From the NCBI RefSeq assembly GCF_020745735.1, contig NC_083414.1, positions 54,194,013-54,258,012 on the forward strand: a DNA stretch of 64,000 nt, in the 5' to 3' direction. Made by a program: the position numbers and the translations under genes. Shown here in pieces: positions 22,252-34,100 of this stretch. The notes beneath the pieces are model-generated. The model had not been told where the DNA came from, did no database searches, and saw only the letters and a program-made list of their open reading frames with translations. Position 1 is the stretch's first letter, and each line of letters opens with the position of its first letter. The DNA is from Hemiscyllium ocellatum. Taxonomy: Eukaryota.

Positions 22252-25155
22252 CTATACTAGCCCAATAACTTCCAAATGCCTATCCAATGCCCGCTTAAAT
22301 GAACATAAAGAAGGAGAGTTCACCACTGATACGGGCAGGGCATTCCATGAACTCACAACCCGCTGTGTGAAGAATCTACCCCTAACATCTGTCCTATACC
22401 TACCACCCCTTAATTTAAAGCTATGTCCCCTAGTAACACCTGACTCCATTAGCGGTAAAAGGTTCTTAGTATCTACCCTATCTAAACCCCTAATCATCTT
22501 ATACACTTCTATCAGATCTCCCCTAAACCTTCTCTTCTCCAATGAGAACAGCCCCAAGTGCCTCAGCCTTTCCTCATAAGATTTTCCTACCATTCCAGGC
22601 AACATCCTGGTAAACCTCCTCTGCACTCTTTCTAAAGCTTCCACATCCTTCCTATAGTATGGCGACCAAAACTGCACACAATACTCCAGATGAGGCCTCA
22701 CCAGAGTCTTATACAACTGCAACATGACCTCAGGACTCCGGAACTCAATTCCTCTGCCAATAAAGCCCAGTACACCATATGCCTTCCTCACAGCACTATT
22801 TACCTGGGTGGCAACTTTCAGAGATCTGTGTACATAGACACCAAGATCCCTCTGCTCATCCACACTACCAAGTAGCCTACCATTAGCCCAGTAATCCATC
22901 ATCTTGTTATTCCTACCAAAGTGAACGACTTCGCACTTAGCTACATTGAATTCCATTTGCCACATTTCCGCCCAGCTCTGCAACTTATCTATATCCCGCT
23001 GTAACCTACCACTTCCTTCCTCACTATCCACAACTCCACCGACTTTTGTGTCATCCGCAAACTTGCTTACCCAGCTTTCAAGTCCTTCCTCTAGATCATT
23101 TATAAAGATAACAAAAAGCAATGGTCCCAAAACAGATCCTTGTGGTACACCGCTAGTAACTGCGCTCCAAGATGAACATAATCCATCAACTACTACCCTC
23201 TGTCTCCTTCCAGCCAGCCAATTCCTAATCCAAACCTCTAATGTATCCTCAATGCCATACCTCCGAAGTTTTAGCATTAGCCTACCATGGGGAACCTTAT
23301 CGAACGCCTTACTAAAATCCATATACACAACATCTACTGCTTTACCCTCATCCACTTCCTTAGTCACCTTCTCAAAGAACTCAATAAGGTTTGTGAGGCA
23401 CGACCTGCCCTTCACAAAACCATGCTGGCTATCCCTGATCACGTTATTCCTACCCAGATGTTCATAAATCTTATCCCTTACCATTCTCTCTAAGACTTTG
23501 CTCACCACTGAAGTCAGACTCACTGGCCTATAGTTACTAGGGCTATCCCTACTCCCTTTCTTGAACAATGGGACCACATTCGCTATCCTCCAGTCCTCTG
23601 GTACTATTCCCGTTGACAATGACGACATAAAAATCCAGGCCAATGGCTCTGCTATCTCCTCCCTAGCTTCCCATAGGATCCTGGGGTAAATGCCATCAGG
23701 CCCAGGAGACTTATCTATATTCATCCTTTCCAATATTCCCAAAACCTCTTCCCTGCATATTTCCAGGGCATCCATTCTAATTATTTGTGATTCCATATTC
23801 ACATCAGCAACAGTGTCCTGTTCCTGAGTGAATACTGATGAAAAGTACTGATTTAATGTCTCTCCAATCTCCTCCGCCTCCACACACAACTTCCCACTAC
23901 TATCCTTGACTGGACCGATACCTACCCTAGTCATCCTTTTATTCTTGACATACCTATAGAAAGCCTTTGGGTTTTCCCTAATCCTACCAGCTAAAGACTT
24001 TTCATGTCCCCTTCTCGCTTTTCTTAGCTCCCTCTTTAGCTCCTTCCTGGCTACCTTATAACTCTCAATCGCCCCTACTGAACCTTCACGCCTCATCTTT
24101 ACATATGCCGCCTTCTTCTCTTTCACAAGGGACGCCAATTCCTTACTAAACCACGGCTGCCTCACAAGGCCCTTTACACCATGCCTGACTGGTACATACC
24201 TATCGAGGACACGCAGTAGCTGCTCCTTGAACAATCCCCACATCTCATTAGTGTTCTTCTCTTGAAGCCTGTTTTTCCAATCCACACAACCTAAGTCATG
24301 CCTCACTGCATCATAATTTCCCTGCCCCCAGCTATAGCTCTTGCCCTGCGGCGCACGATTATCCCTCTCCATCACTAAAGTAAAAGTCACCGAGTTGTGG
24401 TCACTGTCCCCGAAGTGCTCACCTACCTCAAAGTCTAACACCTGGCCTGGTTCATTACCTAGAACCAAATCCAATATAGCCTCCCCTCTTGTTGGCCTGT
24501 CGACATATTGTGTCAGGAAACCCTCCTGCACACATTGTACAAACACCGACCCATCTAATGAACTCGAGCTATAGCTCTCCCAGTCAATATCTGGGAAGTT
24601 AAAGTCCCCCATAACAACCACCCTGCTACCTTCACTCTTTTCCTGAATCATCCTCGCAATATTATCCTCTACTTCTCTAGGACTATTAGGAGGCCTGTAG
24701 AAAACACCTAACAGGGTGACCTCACCTTTCCTATTTCTAACCTCAGCCCAAACTACCTCAGATGGCAAGTCCTCTTCCATCGTCCATTCCACTGCTGTGA
24801 TACTGTCTTTGACAAGTAATGCCACGCCTCCCCCTTTTTTACCCCCATGTCTGATCCTACTAAAACATTTGAACCCTGGAACGTGCAACAGCCATTCTTG
24901 TCCCTGTTCTACCCACGTCTCTGTAATGGCCACAACATCGAAGTCCCAGGTACCAACCCACGCTGCAAGTTCACCTACCTTATTCCTTATACTTCTGGCA
25001 TTGAAGTATACACACTTCAATCCTCCTTTCTGGTTACAGGCACCCTCCTTAGAGATCGCTGCATTATTCCTAACCTCCCTACACTCAAGGTCCTGTACCC
25101 TAAAGCTACAGTCCTGGTTCCCATGCCCCCGCGGAGTTAGTTTAAACCCTCCCAA
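22252..25155 (-). CDS. CR1 ORF2: APE endonuclease + reverse transcriptase, uninterrupted 967 codons
   Basis: APE motifs YFNARS, ITETW, YRPP, GDFN, LDLVL, SDH; RT motifs PGPDG, NYRPVSLTS, QHGF, DFSKAFDKV, GVPQGSVLGP, KFADD. No in-frame ATG before the APE domain. Confidence 0.93.
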   Translation of the reverse strand: MGGFKLTPRGHGNQDCSFRVQDLECREVRNNAAISKEGACNQKGGLKCVYFNARSIRNKVGELAAWVGTWDFDVVAITETWVEQGQEWLLHVPGFKCFSRIRHGGKKGGGVALLVKDSITAVEWTMEEDLPSEVVWAEVRNRKGEVTLLGVFYRPPNSPREVEDNIARMIQEKSEGSRVVVMGDFNFPDIDWESYSSSSLDGSVFVQCVQEGFLTQYVDRPTRGEAILDLVLGNEPGQVLDFEVGEHFGDSDHNSVTFTLVMERDNRAPQGKSYSWGQGNYDAVRHDLGCVDWKNRLQEKNTNEMWGLFKEQLLRVLDRYVPVRHGVKGLVRQPWFSKELASLVKEKKAAYVKMRREGSVGAIESYKVARKELKRELRKARRGHEKSLAGRIRENPKAFYRYVKNKRMTRVGIGPVKDSSGKLCVEAEEIGETLNQYFSSVFTQEQDTVADVNMESQIIRMDALEICREEVLGILERMNIDKSPGPDGIYPRILWEAREEIAEPLAWIFMSSLSTGIVPEDWRIANVVPLFKKGSRDSPSNYRPVSLTSVVSKVLERMVRDKIYEHLGRNNVIRDSQHGFVKGRSCLTNLIEFFEKVTKEVDEGKAVDVVYMDFSKAFDKVPHGRLMLKLRRYGIEDTLEVWIRNWLAGRRQRVVVDGLCSSWSAVTSGVPQGSVLGPLLFVIFINDLEEGLESWVSKFADDTKVGGVVDSEEGSGRLQRDIDKLQSWAEMWQMEFNVAKCEVVHFGRNNKMMDYWANGRLLGSVDEQRDLGVYVHRSLKVATQVNSAVRKAYGVLGFIGRGIEFRSPEVMLQLYKTLVRPHLEYCVQFWSPYYRKDVEALERVQRRFTRMLPGMVGKSYEERLRHLGLFSLEKRRFRGDLIEVYKMIRGLDRVDTKNLLPLMESGVTRGHSFKLRGGRYRTDVRGRFFTQRVVSSWNALPVSVVNSPSLCSFKRALDRHLEVIGLV

Positions 25156-25875
25156 AGAGCACTAGCAAACCTCCCCCAAGGACACTGGTGCCCCTCAGGT
25201 TCAGGTGTAGCCCATCCTTTTTATAGAGGTCCCACCTTCCCCAGAAAGGACCCCAGTTGTCCAGAAACCGGAATCCCTCCCTCCTGCACCATCCCTGTAG
25301 CCACGCATTTAACTGCTCTCTCTCCCTATTCCTTGACTCTCTATCACGTGGCACGGGTAACAAACCAGAGACTACAACTCTGTTTGTTCTAACTCTGAGC
25401 TTCCAACCTAGCTCCCTGTAAGCCTGTCTGACATCCGCACCCTTCTTCCTACCTATATCGTTGGTGCCAACGTGGACCACGATCTGGGGCTGCTCCCCCT
25501 CCCCCTTAAGGACCCGGAAAACACTATCAGCGACATCACGTACCCTTGCACCTGGGAGGCAACATACCAAACGTGAGTCCCTGTCGCCCCCACAAAACCG
25601 TCTGTCTGTACCCCTCACTATCGAGTCCCCAAGAACTATCGCTCTACCTTTCTCCACCCTACCCTTCTGAGCAACGGGGCCAGGCTCCGTGCCAGAGGCC
25701 TGAACCTCGTTGCTTGCTCCTGGTAAGTCATCCCCCCCACAAGTATCCAAAACGGTATACTTGTTCTTGAGGGGAATGACCGCAGGGGGTCCCTGCACTG
25801 GCTTCCTCCTCCCACTCCCCCTCACTGTCACCCATCTATCTTGAACTTTCGGAGTAACTACTTGCCTAAAGCTCT
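25137..25875 (-). pseudogene. CR1 ORF1 C-terminal SGNH/GDSL esterase domain (5'-truncated; 1-nt deletion in a G-run near the end)
   Basis: LGDSIVRG, CLPGARV, VHVGTNDIG, DGLHLN. Restoring one G gives the typical ending GRFASALWEGLN*. Confidence 0.88.
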
Positions 25876-25939
25876 TATTCCCATTAAACCAACAAAAGCA
25901 CACACGTTTATATTTTGTTAAAACCAAACGTTACCACTT

Positions 25940-26472
25940 AGAGTCATCAAGTCATAGAGATGTTCAGCATGGAAACAGACCCTTCGGTCAAACTCATCCA
26001 CGCTGACCAGATAACCTAATCTAAGCTAGTCCCATTTGCCCGCACTTGGCCCATATCCCTTTCAACCCTTCCTATTCATATACCCATCCAGAAGCCTATT
26101 AAATGTTGCAATTGTGCGAGCCTCCATCACTTCCTCCGGCAGCTCATTTCATACACGTATCACGCTCTGCGTGAAAAAGTTGCCCCTTAGCTGCCTTTTA
26201 TATCTTTCCCCTCTCACCCTAAACCTCTGCCCTCTAGTTCTGGACTCACCCTACCCAGGAAAAAGACTTTCTCCATTTACCCTATCCATGCCCCTCATGA
26301 GTTTATAAACATCCATACGTTCACCCCTCAGCCTCTGATGCTCCAGGGAAAACACCCTAGCCTATTCAGCCTCTCCCTATAGCTCAAATGCTCCAACCCT
26401 GGCAACATCCTTGTTTCTGAACCCTTTCAAGTTTCACAACATCCTTCCGATAGGAAGGAGACCAGAGTTGCA
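25940..26472 (-). mobile_element. CR1 3' fragment (second subfamily)
   Basis: agtcatagag tail plus the ORF2 C-terminus (ggcaactttttcacgcagagcgtg on the minus strand). Confidence 0.88.
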
Positions 26473-27066
26473 GTTAGTGGCATTTGATCTAGAAGGACAA
26501 TTTCCTCATGCAATATTATTGTTCATACAATTGCTGACAATCCTGCACCTGTCAACAAAATAATAAACTGCTTGCATATCGGCCTTGTCTGAGAGGGAGC
26601 TGAACCTGACTACCATGGCATGCACGCAAGTAGTTAATCAGTGAGTCAGACAAGAGAAGGCATAACAAACTCAATGTTCAGGAAACTGGCTACACATAAT
26701 GGTGGGCTACTGCTTAACATATTAACAAAGCACCACCCTTCATAAGATATAGGAGCAGAATTAGAATAGTTGGTGCATTGAGTTTGCTCTATCATTCAAT
26801 CTTGGCTTTCAGTCTGCGGCTCTTGATTAGGAGAAATATTTTGATCAAGTTACTCTTAGATTGGAGTCATTTTCTGTTTGTGATGTTTCCAACTATCTCT
26901 CCAAAGTTTTTTTTGGGAAGAAGGCACTTGAAGCAAAGAAATAAATTAGAAATTATTCTGTCAGTCAGAGGAACAGACTTTCAATGCAGTTGAAATCATA
27001 ACATCGATGTATCTGAATTGAGAGGCCATGAAATTGTTACAACATGTGACAATTACCTCCTACAAT

Positions 27067-28612
27067 TCAAAGTTTGTGAGAAGATTTCTAGCTCGCTGTT
27101 GTGGTTCTGTTCGTCGAGCTGGGAATTTTTGTTGCAAACGTTTCGTCCCCTTTCTAGGTGACATCCTCGGTGCTTGGGAGCCTCCTGTGAAGCGCTTCTG
27201 TGCTGATTCCTCTGGCATTTATAGTGGTTTGTCTCTGCCGCTTCTGGTTGTCAGTTGCTGTCCGCTGCAGTGGCCGGTATATTGGGTCTAGGTCGATGTG
27301 TTTTTTGATAGTATTTGCGGATGAGTGCCATGCCTCTAGGAATTCCCTGGCTGTTCTCTGTTTGGCTTGCCCTATAATAGTGTTGTTGTCCCAATCGAAT
27401 TCATTTTGTTTGTCATCTGAGTGCGTGGCTACTAAGGATAGCTGGTCGTGTTGTTTCGTGGCTAGTTGGTGTTCATGGATGCGGGTTGTTAGCTATCTTC
27501 CTGTTTGTCCTATGTAGTGTTTTGTGCCGTCCTTGCATGAGATTTTGTTGTATTTGTGTTAATTTGTATCTGGGTCAGATACGTGGACGACACCTTTGTA
27601 ATCATTAAAAACACAGAAATAGAGAACACATACCGGATCATCAACGCCACACTCACAGGAATCCGATTCACGAGAGAGGAAGAAAAGGACAACCAGCTCC
27701 CATTCCTAGACATAATGGTACAGACAACACCGAATGGAGAACTCAACACGAAGGTATACAGGAAAGCCACACACACAGATCAAGTCCTGAACTATGAAAG
27801 CAACTACCCCAACATACACAAACGAAGCTGCATCAGGACATTATTCAAAAGGGCCACAACACACTGCAGCACACCAGAACTACAAAAAGAGGAAGAAGAA
27901 CACCTATACAAGGTATTCACCAAAAACGGATACCCGCACAATTTCATCAACAGATGCCTAAGAGAAAGACAATGGAACGAGGACATGCCACAACCCAAAG
28001 GACTGGCCACACTCCCATACATCAGGAGCATTTCTGAACTGACAACCAGACTACTGCGACCACTAGGACTCATAACAGCACACAAACCAACAGCCACGCT
28101 CAGACGACAACTCACCAGGACAAAGGACCCAATACCCAGCATGAACAAAACCAACATGGTGTACAAAACCCCATGCAAGGACGGCACAAAACACTACATA
28201 GGACAATCAGGAAGATAGCTAACAACCCGCATCCATGAACATCAACTAGCCACGAAATGACACGACCAGCTATCCTTAGTAGCCACACACTCAGATGACA
28301 AACAACATGAATTTGATTGGGACAACACCACTATTATAGGGCAAGCCAAACAGACAACAGCCAGGGAATTCCTAGAGGCATGGCATTCATCCACAAATTC
28401 TATCAACAAACACATCGACCTAGACCCAATATACCAGCCACTGCAGCGGGCAGCAACTGACAACCAGAAGCGGCGAGACAAACCAGTATAAATGCCGGAG
28501 CAATCAGCACAGAAGCGCTTCACAGGATGCTCCCAAGCACTGAGGATGTCACCTAGAAAGGGGACGAAACGTTTGCAACAAAAACTCCCAGTTCGGCGAA
28601 CAGAACCACAAC
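27067..28612. mobile_element. Poseidon-type PLE with inverted left arm (27067-~27545, -) and RT C-terminus/GIY-YIG/pLTR (~27570-28612, +)
   Basis: WVRYVDDTF, QLPFLD, VYRKATHT, VYKTPCKDGTKHYIGQSGR. HHRs at 27133-27172 (-) and 28537-28576 (+). TSD acaa(t/c)tacctcctacaat at 27049-27066 and 28608-28625. Confidence 0.92.
28537..28576 (+). ncRNA. Minimal hammerhead ribozyme (Poseidon-type PLE)
   Basis: GCA-CTGAGGA-T-GTCACC-tagaaa-GGGGAC-GAAAC-GTT-TGC. Confidence 0.7.
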
Positions 28613-28984
28613 TACCTCCTACAATAACAGCAATTAGTAGGCGCTTATAGCAGAAACATTAGTGGGAGGAAAGAGAATGGAAATGCACTGCCAAGTGTTG
28701 ACAGTTAAATTCAGAGCTGTGTGTAAAAGAGAACACTTTCTAGCTACAATAAGTGAAAGTATTCATTGACTTATGTTTTTCAAACCATTCCAGCATGTTT
28801 ATTCCATCAAATATATCATCAAAGTATAGGTTTTTCAAGTTTTTTTTCTTTTGATTAATTAGTTTTTATCTAGACTTTTGCTTTATAGTAGAATTCACAA
28901 GCTCAATCTTCATAACTTTGAAGAAATCAACAAAACTTCAACATTTTTATTTCCCGATTGTACCAGGATATTGAGTATTGCCAC

Positions 28985-29182
28985 AAAGCAAAATATACTG
29001 CAGATGCTGGAATTCTGAAAACCAACAGAAGCACTTACTCTTAAGTTGATTGTGACACGTTAAACATCTGACTACATGCAATTCTGATGAAAGGTCATCA
29101 ATGCAAAAATTGAACCCCATGTCTCTTTCCTTGGATGTTGTCTGACCTGTTGATCGTTTCCATAACTTCCTGTTTTTATTCA
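28985..29182. mobile_element. Old PLE mini-hairpin with decayed HHR
   Basis: Inverted tail (aatatactgcagatgctggaattctgaaa), then ttctgatgaaaggtcatc...ggatgttgtctgacctgttga. Confidence 0.6.
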
Positions 29183-30409
29183 AGTTTATTACCAACAGAA
29201 CAACTGTACAATACCTTCTGAAAGGGGGTTTGATGTAATGTACTTTTACTACATGCAACTAAAAAGACTAATTTCTATACTGGGAGTATTTCCCACAATT
29301 AACAGCTCAATTAGTACATACAATATGTTGTCGTGATGAAACTGTATAAAAAGGATGGCCCTATATACAAAGACAAGGGCAACCAAGAGTAACTTTGCAC
29401 TAATAGTGTGCTCAGTATAATACTCAGTACGAATTTCAATTCTTCTCTTATAAATGCAGCAATTTCTTTTAAAAAAAGATGAGCAGATCCTGATATTTTT
29501 GAATATTTTAACATATAAATTGGCAAGAATAAACATGTATATTGCAGAGATTTTACTCCACATATTGCTTTGACATGAGGTGATGCCAAGAACTGTATCA
29601 GATAGCATTTCTGGGTTCTGGGTATGCAAGTGAGTATTCTGGTGAATTGTACAACTATATCAATATTTGACTTTGATACTTAGTTCATCGAGGTCTAAAG
29701 TAATACTTAACCATCTATGTGTCAAAACTGTAAAGGTGAATGGGTGAGATTTTAAAAAGCAAAACTGTTTTGAGTCGAATGCTTAAAATACAACCCCAAT
29801 TAAGAAATGAAAATATCATCTATTCAAGCATCACATTTATAAAGACCATAATGAAAAGGAATTTAATGGCTGTTTTACCACCAAAATCCATGCACTAGAC
29901 TCACTTACAGTGCACTAATTAGATGATGGACCACTTTGAAATTGTGAAAAGGTTTTGGCTTCCTGATTGAATACCTTGGAAAATTACTCCTGCAGCAAAT
30001 AATCTTGCTAATTTAATGCTATTATCACAACAATACACTTGCAGGGTAGATGTAATGCTTTCCTCAAATATATAGGGTGAAAATAGATGGTTTAGATGCA
30101 TTCTGATATGTGCATTGACAAGCTGATTTGCCATTAGGACTCAAAGGATACTGGGTAATTAATTAGATTTTGAGAATTTTTAATAATGCATTGTCTCACA
30201 GAGAATTCCACTCCATGTAAATTGACATTTAATTTGTGTTTTCCCTAATAACTATTCCAAAGATAGAACTGTGACTAACTCAATAATATTTCCCATAATG
30301 GGAGATAAATTTTATTGTTCTTGTAAATTATTTCAATAAGTATTTATAAAGTTATGTTATAAAGTACACGTGCTTAATACTTAGTGTTTATCAGATAAAT
30401 ATTCTTATA

Positions 30410-30796
30410 GTTAAAAAATGAGGTCTGCAGATGCTGGAGATCACAGCTGAAAATGTGTTGCTGGTCAAAGCACAGCAGGCCAGGCAGCCTCATTTCCCCT
30501 CCCCCCACCTTGTCTCAGTCGGTTCCCTCAACTCAGCACCGCCCTCCTAACCTGCAATCTTCTTCCTGACCTCTCCGCCCCCACCCCACTCCGGCCTATC
30601 ACCCTCACCTTGACCTCCTTCCACCTATCCCACCTCCATCGCCCCTCCCCCAAGTCCCTCCTCCCTACCTTTTATCTTAGCCTGCTTGGCTACTCTCTCT
30701 CATTCCTGATGAAGGGCTTATGCTCGAAACGTCGAATTCTCTATTCCTGAGATGCTGCCTGGCCTGCTGTGCTTTGACCAGCAACACATTTTCAGC
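30410..30796. mobile_element. Neptune-type PLE pLTR hairpin insertion with 14-bp TSD
   Basis: Inverted tail 30410-30488 plus pLTR 30489-30796, near-identical to 17200-17508. TSD taaatattcttata at 30396-30409 and 30797-30810. Confidence 0.92.
30702..30737 (+). ncRNA. Minimal hammerhead ribozyme (Neptune-type PLE)
   Basis: ATTC-CTGATGA-A-GGGC-ttat-GCTC-GAAAC-GTC-GAAT. Confidence 0.8.
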
Positions 30797-31146
30797 TAAA
30801 TATTCTTATACCTGAGTACTGACCGAGTTGTTTTTATGACTAATAACTCCTTAATACTTTCTACAATGAAACTGTTACTACACTTAAAGTACTTCATTGG
30901 CTTTAAAGCATTTAGGTCATTCTGAAGTAATGAAAAGTGCAATGTAAATTCAAGATTTTGTTGCCTTTTTTGACCACGGTTTATTTTAGTATTGATATTT
31001 AAATGTTGGCTTGCTCAATAGATGTTAATACAGTCTTAAGAGTAATGCAGATGCCAAGTGACCCAGTCCTCAATTTCATTCACACAACCATTTGACGATA
31101 TCATTAAAAATCACCAATCCTCAATTCAAAGATAAGGTTTTCACAA

Positions 31147-34100
31147 AGAACATAGAACAGTACAGACCCTTCAGCCCTTGATGTTGTGCCAGCTTTTCAT
31201 CCTACTCTAACTTCAAACTAATCGTCATACCCTATATTTTACTATCTTCCATGTGTCTATCCAAGAGTCGTTGAAATGTTCCTAATGTATCTGACTCTAC
31301 TACCACTGCTGATAGTGCATTCCACACACCCATCACTCTCTGTGTAAAGAACCTACCTCTGATATCTCTACTAAACTTTCCTCCAATCATCTTAAAATTA
31401 TGCCCCATCATGATAGCCATTTCCACCATTGGAAAAAGTCAGAGGCTATCTACTTTCTTTATGCCTCTCCTCATCTGGTATACCTCCATCAAGTCACCTC
31501 TCATCCTTCTTTGCTCCAATGAGAAGAGCTCTAGCTCCCTTAACTTCTCTTCCTAAGACATGCCTCCCAGTCCAGGCTGTATCCGAGTAAATCTGCTCTG
31601 CACCCTCTCTAAAGCTTCCACATCCTTCCTATAATGAGGTGACCAGAACGGAACACAATATTCCAAGTGTGGTCTAACCAGGGTTCCAAAGATGTGCAGC
31701 ATAACCTCGTGGCTCTTAAACTCAATCCCCCAGCTCATGAAAGCCAACACCCAATACACCTTCTTCACAACCCTATCAGCTTGAGAGGCAACTTTGAGGG
31801 ATTTATGGACACAGACCCTAAGAACCTCAGCTCCTCCATACTGCCAAGAATCCTGCCTTAAACCCTGTAATCTGCATTCAACCCTGTAATCTGCATTCAA
31901 ATTCAACCTTCCAAAGTGAATCACTTAACATTTTTCCAGGTTGAACTCTGTCTGCCATTTATCAGCCCACTTCTGCATCCTGCCAATGTTCCGTTGCAAC
32001 CTACACCAGTCCTCGACTGTATCCACCACTCCTCGACAGTATCCACCAACCTTTTTGTCATCGACAAACTTACTAACTCACCCTTCCACGTCTTCATTCG
32101 AATCATTTAGAAAAATCACGAAGAGCAGCGGTCCCAGAACTGATTCCTGCAGAACACCACTGGTCACCAAGCTCCAGGCTGAATACTTTGCATCTACCAC
32201 CACACTCTGTCTTCTGTGGGCCAGCCAATTCTATATCCAGACTGACAGGTTTCCCTGTATCCCATGTCTCCATACTTTCTGAATGAGCCTACATAGGGAA
32301 CTTTATCAAGCACCTTCCCAACATCTATATACACCAAATCCACTGCTCTACCTTCATCAATGTGTTTTGTCACATCATCAAAGAATTCAATAAGGCTTGT
32401 GAGGCATGACCATCCCTCACAAAGCCATGCTGACCATTTCTAATCAAGCTATGTTTTTCCAAATAATCATAAATCCTGTCTGTCAGAATCCTCTCCAACA
32501 CTTTGCCCGCTAGAGACATGAGACTGACTTCTATAATTCCTAGGATTATCCCTATTCCCTTGCTTGAACAAGGGAATAACATTTGCCACCCTTCAATCAT
32601 CTGGCACGACTCCAGTGGACAGTAAGGACTCAAAGATCATTGCCATAGGCGCTGCAATCTCGTGTCTCACTTCCTATAGTAACCTTGGGTATATTCCCAT
32701 CTGGCCCAGGGGCTCTTTCCATCCTTTGACTTGCAAGATTTCTAGCACATCCTCCTTCCTAACATCAACATGTTTCAGCATATCGTCTGTTTCATGCTGT
32801 CCTCAGAAATATCAAGGTCACTCTCAGTAGTGAATAGTGAAGCAAAGTATTCTTTAAGGACCTCCTCCAACTCCAAGCACAAGTTCCCTCCACTATCCCT
32901 GATCAGCATTACCCTTACTCTGGCCATCCTCTTGTGCCTCACCTAAGTGTAGAATGCCTTATGGTTTTCTTTAATCCTGACCACTAAAGCTTTTTCATGT
33001 CCCTTTCTAGCTCTCCTAAGTCCATTCTTTAGTTCATCCTGGCTACCATGTAACCATCTAGAGCCCTGTCTGATCCTTGCCTCCTCAACCTTAAGTAAGC
33101 TTTCTTCTTCCTCTTGACGAGATGTTCCACCCTTGTCACCCAAGGCTCCTTCACCCTACCATCCCTTCCTTGCCTCAGTGGGACAAACGTATCCAGCATT
33201 ATTAGCAAGTGCTTCCTAAACAACCTCCACATTTCTGATGTGCATTTCCCTGCGAACATCTGTTCCCAATTTTGGCATCCCAGTTCCTGCCTAATAGCAT
33301 AGTAATTCCTCCACCCCCAACTAAATACTTTCCCATACCATCTGCTCCTATCCGTCTCCATGTGTACAGTAAAGGTCACAGAGTTGTGATCACTATCACC
33401 AAAATGCTCTTCCACCCAGAGATCTGACACATGTCATGTTTCATTGCCAAGCACAAAATCCAACATGGCCTCCCCTCTAGTTGGCCTATTGCATCAGGAA
33501 CACTTACTGGATTCACCTGGAAAAAAAATGCTCCATCCAAAAAATTTGAATGAAGGAGATTCTAATCAATATTTGGGAAGTTGAAGTCACCCATGACAAC
33601 AATCCTGTTACTTCTACACCTTTCCAATATCTGCCTCCTAATCTCCTCCTCATGTCTCTGTTGCTATTGGGGGAGTGGGGGGGGGGGGGGGGGGGGGGTG
33701 GTGGTGGTGGTGGTCTTTGTAGAAAACTCCCAGAAAAGTGACTGTTCCTTTCCTGTTTCTGGCTTTCATCCATACTGACTCAGTAGACAAATCCTCCTTG
33801 ATGACCTCCCTTTCTGCAGCTGTGATACTAACCCTGATTGGCAACACTACCTCCTTTACCTGCCATCATCTTCCTTTTGAGACATATAAACCCCGGAATA
33901 TCCAACAACCATTCCCACCTCTGTGATATCCAAATTTCCATAATGGCTACAACATCATAGTTGCAAGTACTGATCCATGCTTTGAGTTCATCACCCTTAT
34001 TCCTGATGTTTCTTGCATTAAAATAGACACACTTCAACCCATCACACTGACTGCACCAATGCCCTATCGTAAGACCATAAGACATAGGAGTGGAAGTAAG

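Larger units (their letters stand above)
22161..25875 (-). mobile_element. Young CR1 LINE, 5'-truncated within ORF1
   Basis: (TTCTATG)n 3' tail at 22161-22190, CR1 3' UTR, intact ORF2, SGNH ORF1 fragment. Confidence 0.96.

Noticed and set aside
22367-25770. Multiple + strand ORFs (e.g. 22946-23467, 24716-25165)
   Set aside because: Antisense shadows of CR1 ORF1/ORF2.
25876-25927. N-terminus MVLTKYKRVCFCWFNG of ORF 25142..25927 as the ORF1 start
   Set aside because: It is flanking genomic DNA beyond the 5' truncation. The true CR1 ORF1 N-terminus (Zn finger, as at ~36400-36520) is absent.
33669-33712. G-run/(GGT)n giving a poly-Pro or poly-Gly ORF
   Set aside because: Microsatellite expansion inside the CR1 YRPP codons.
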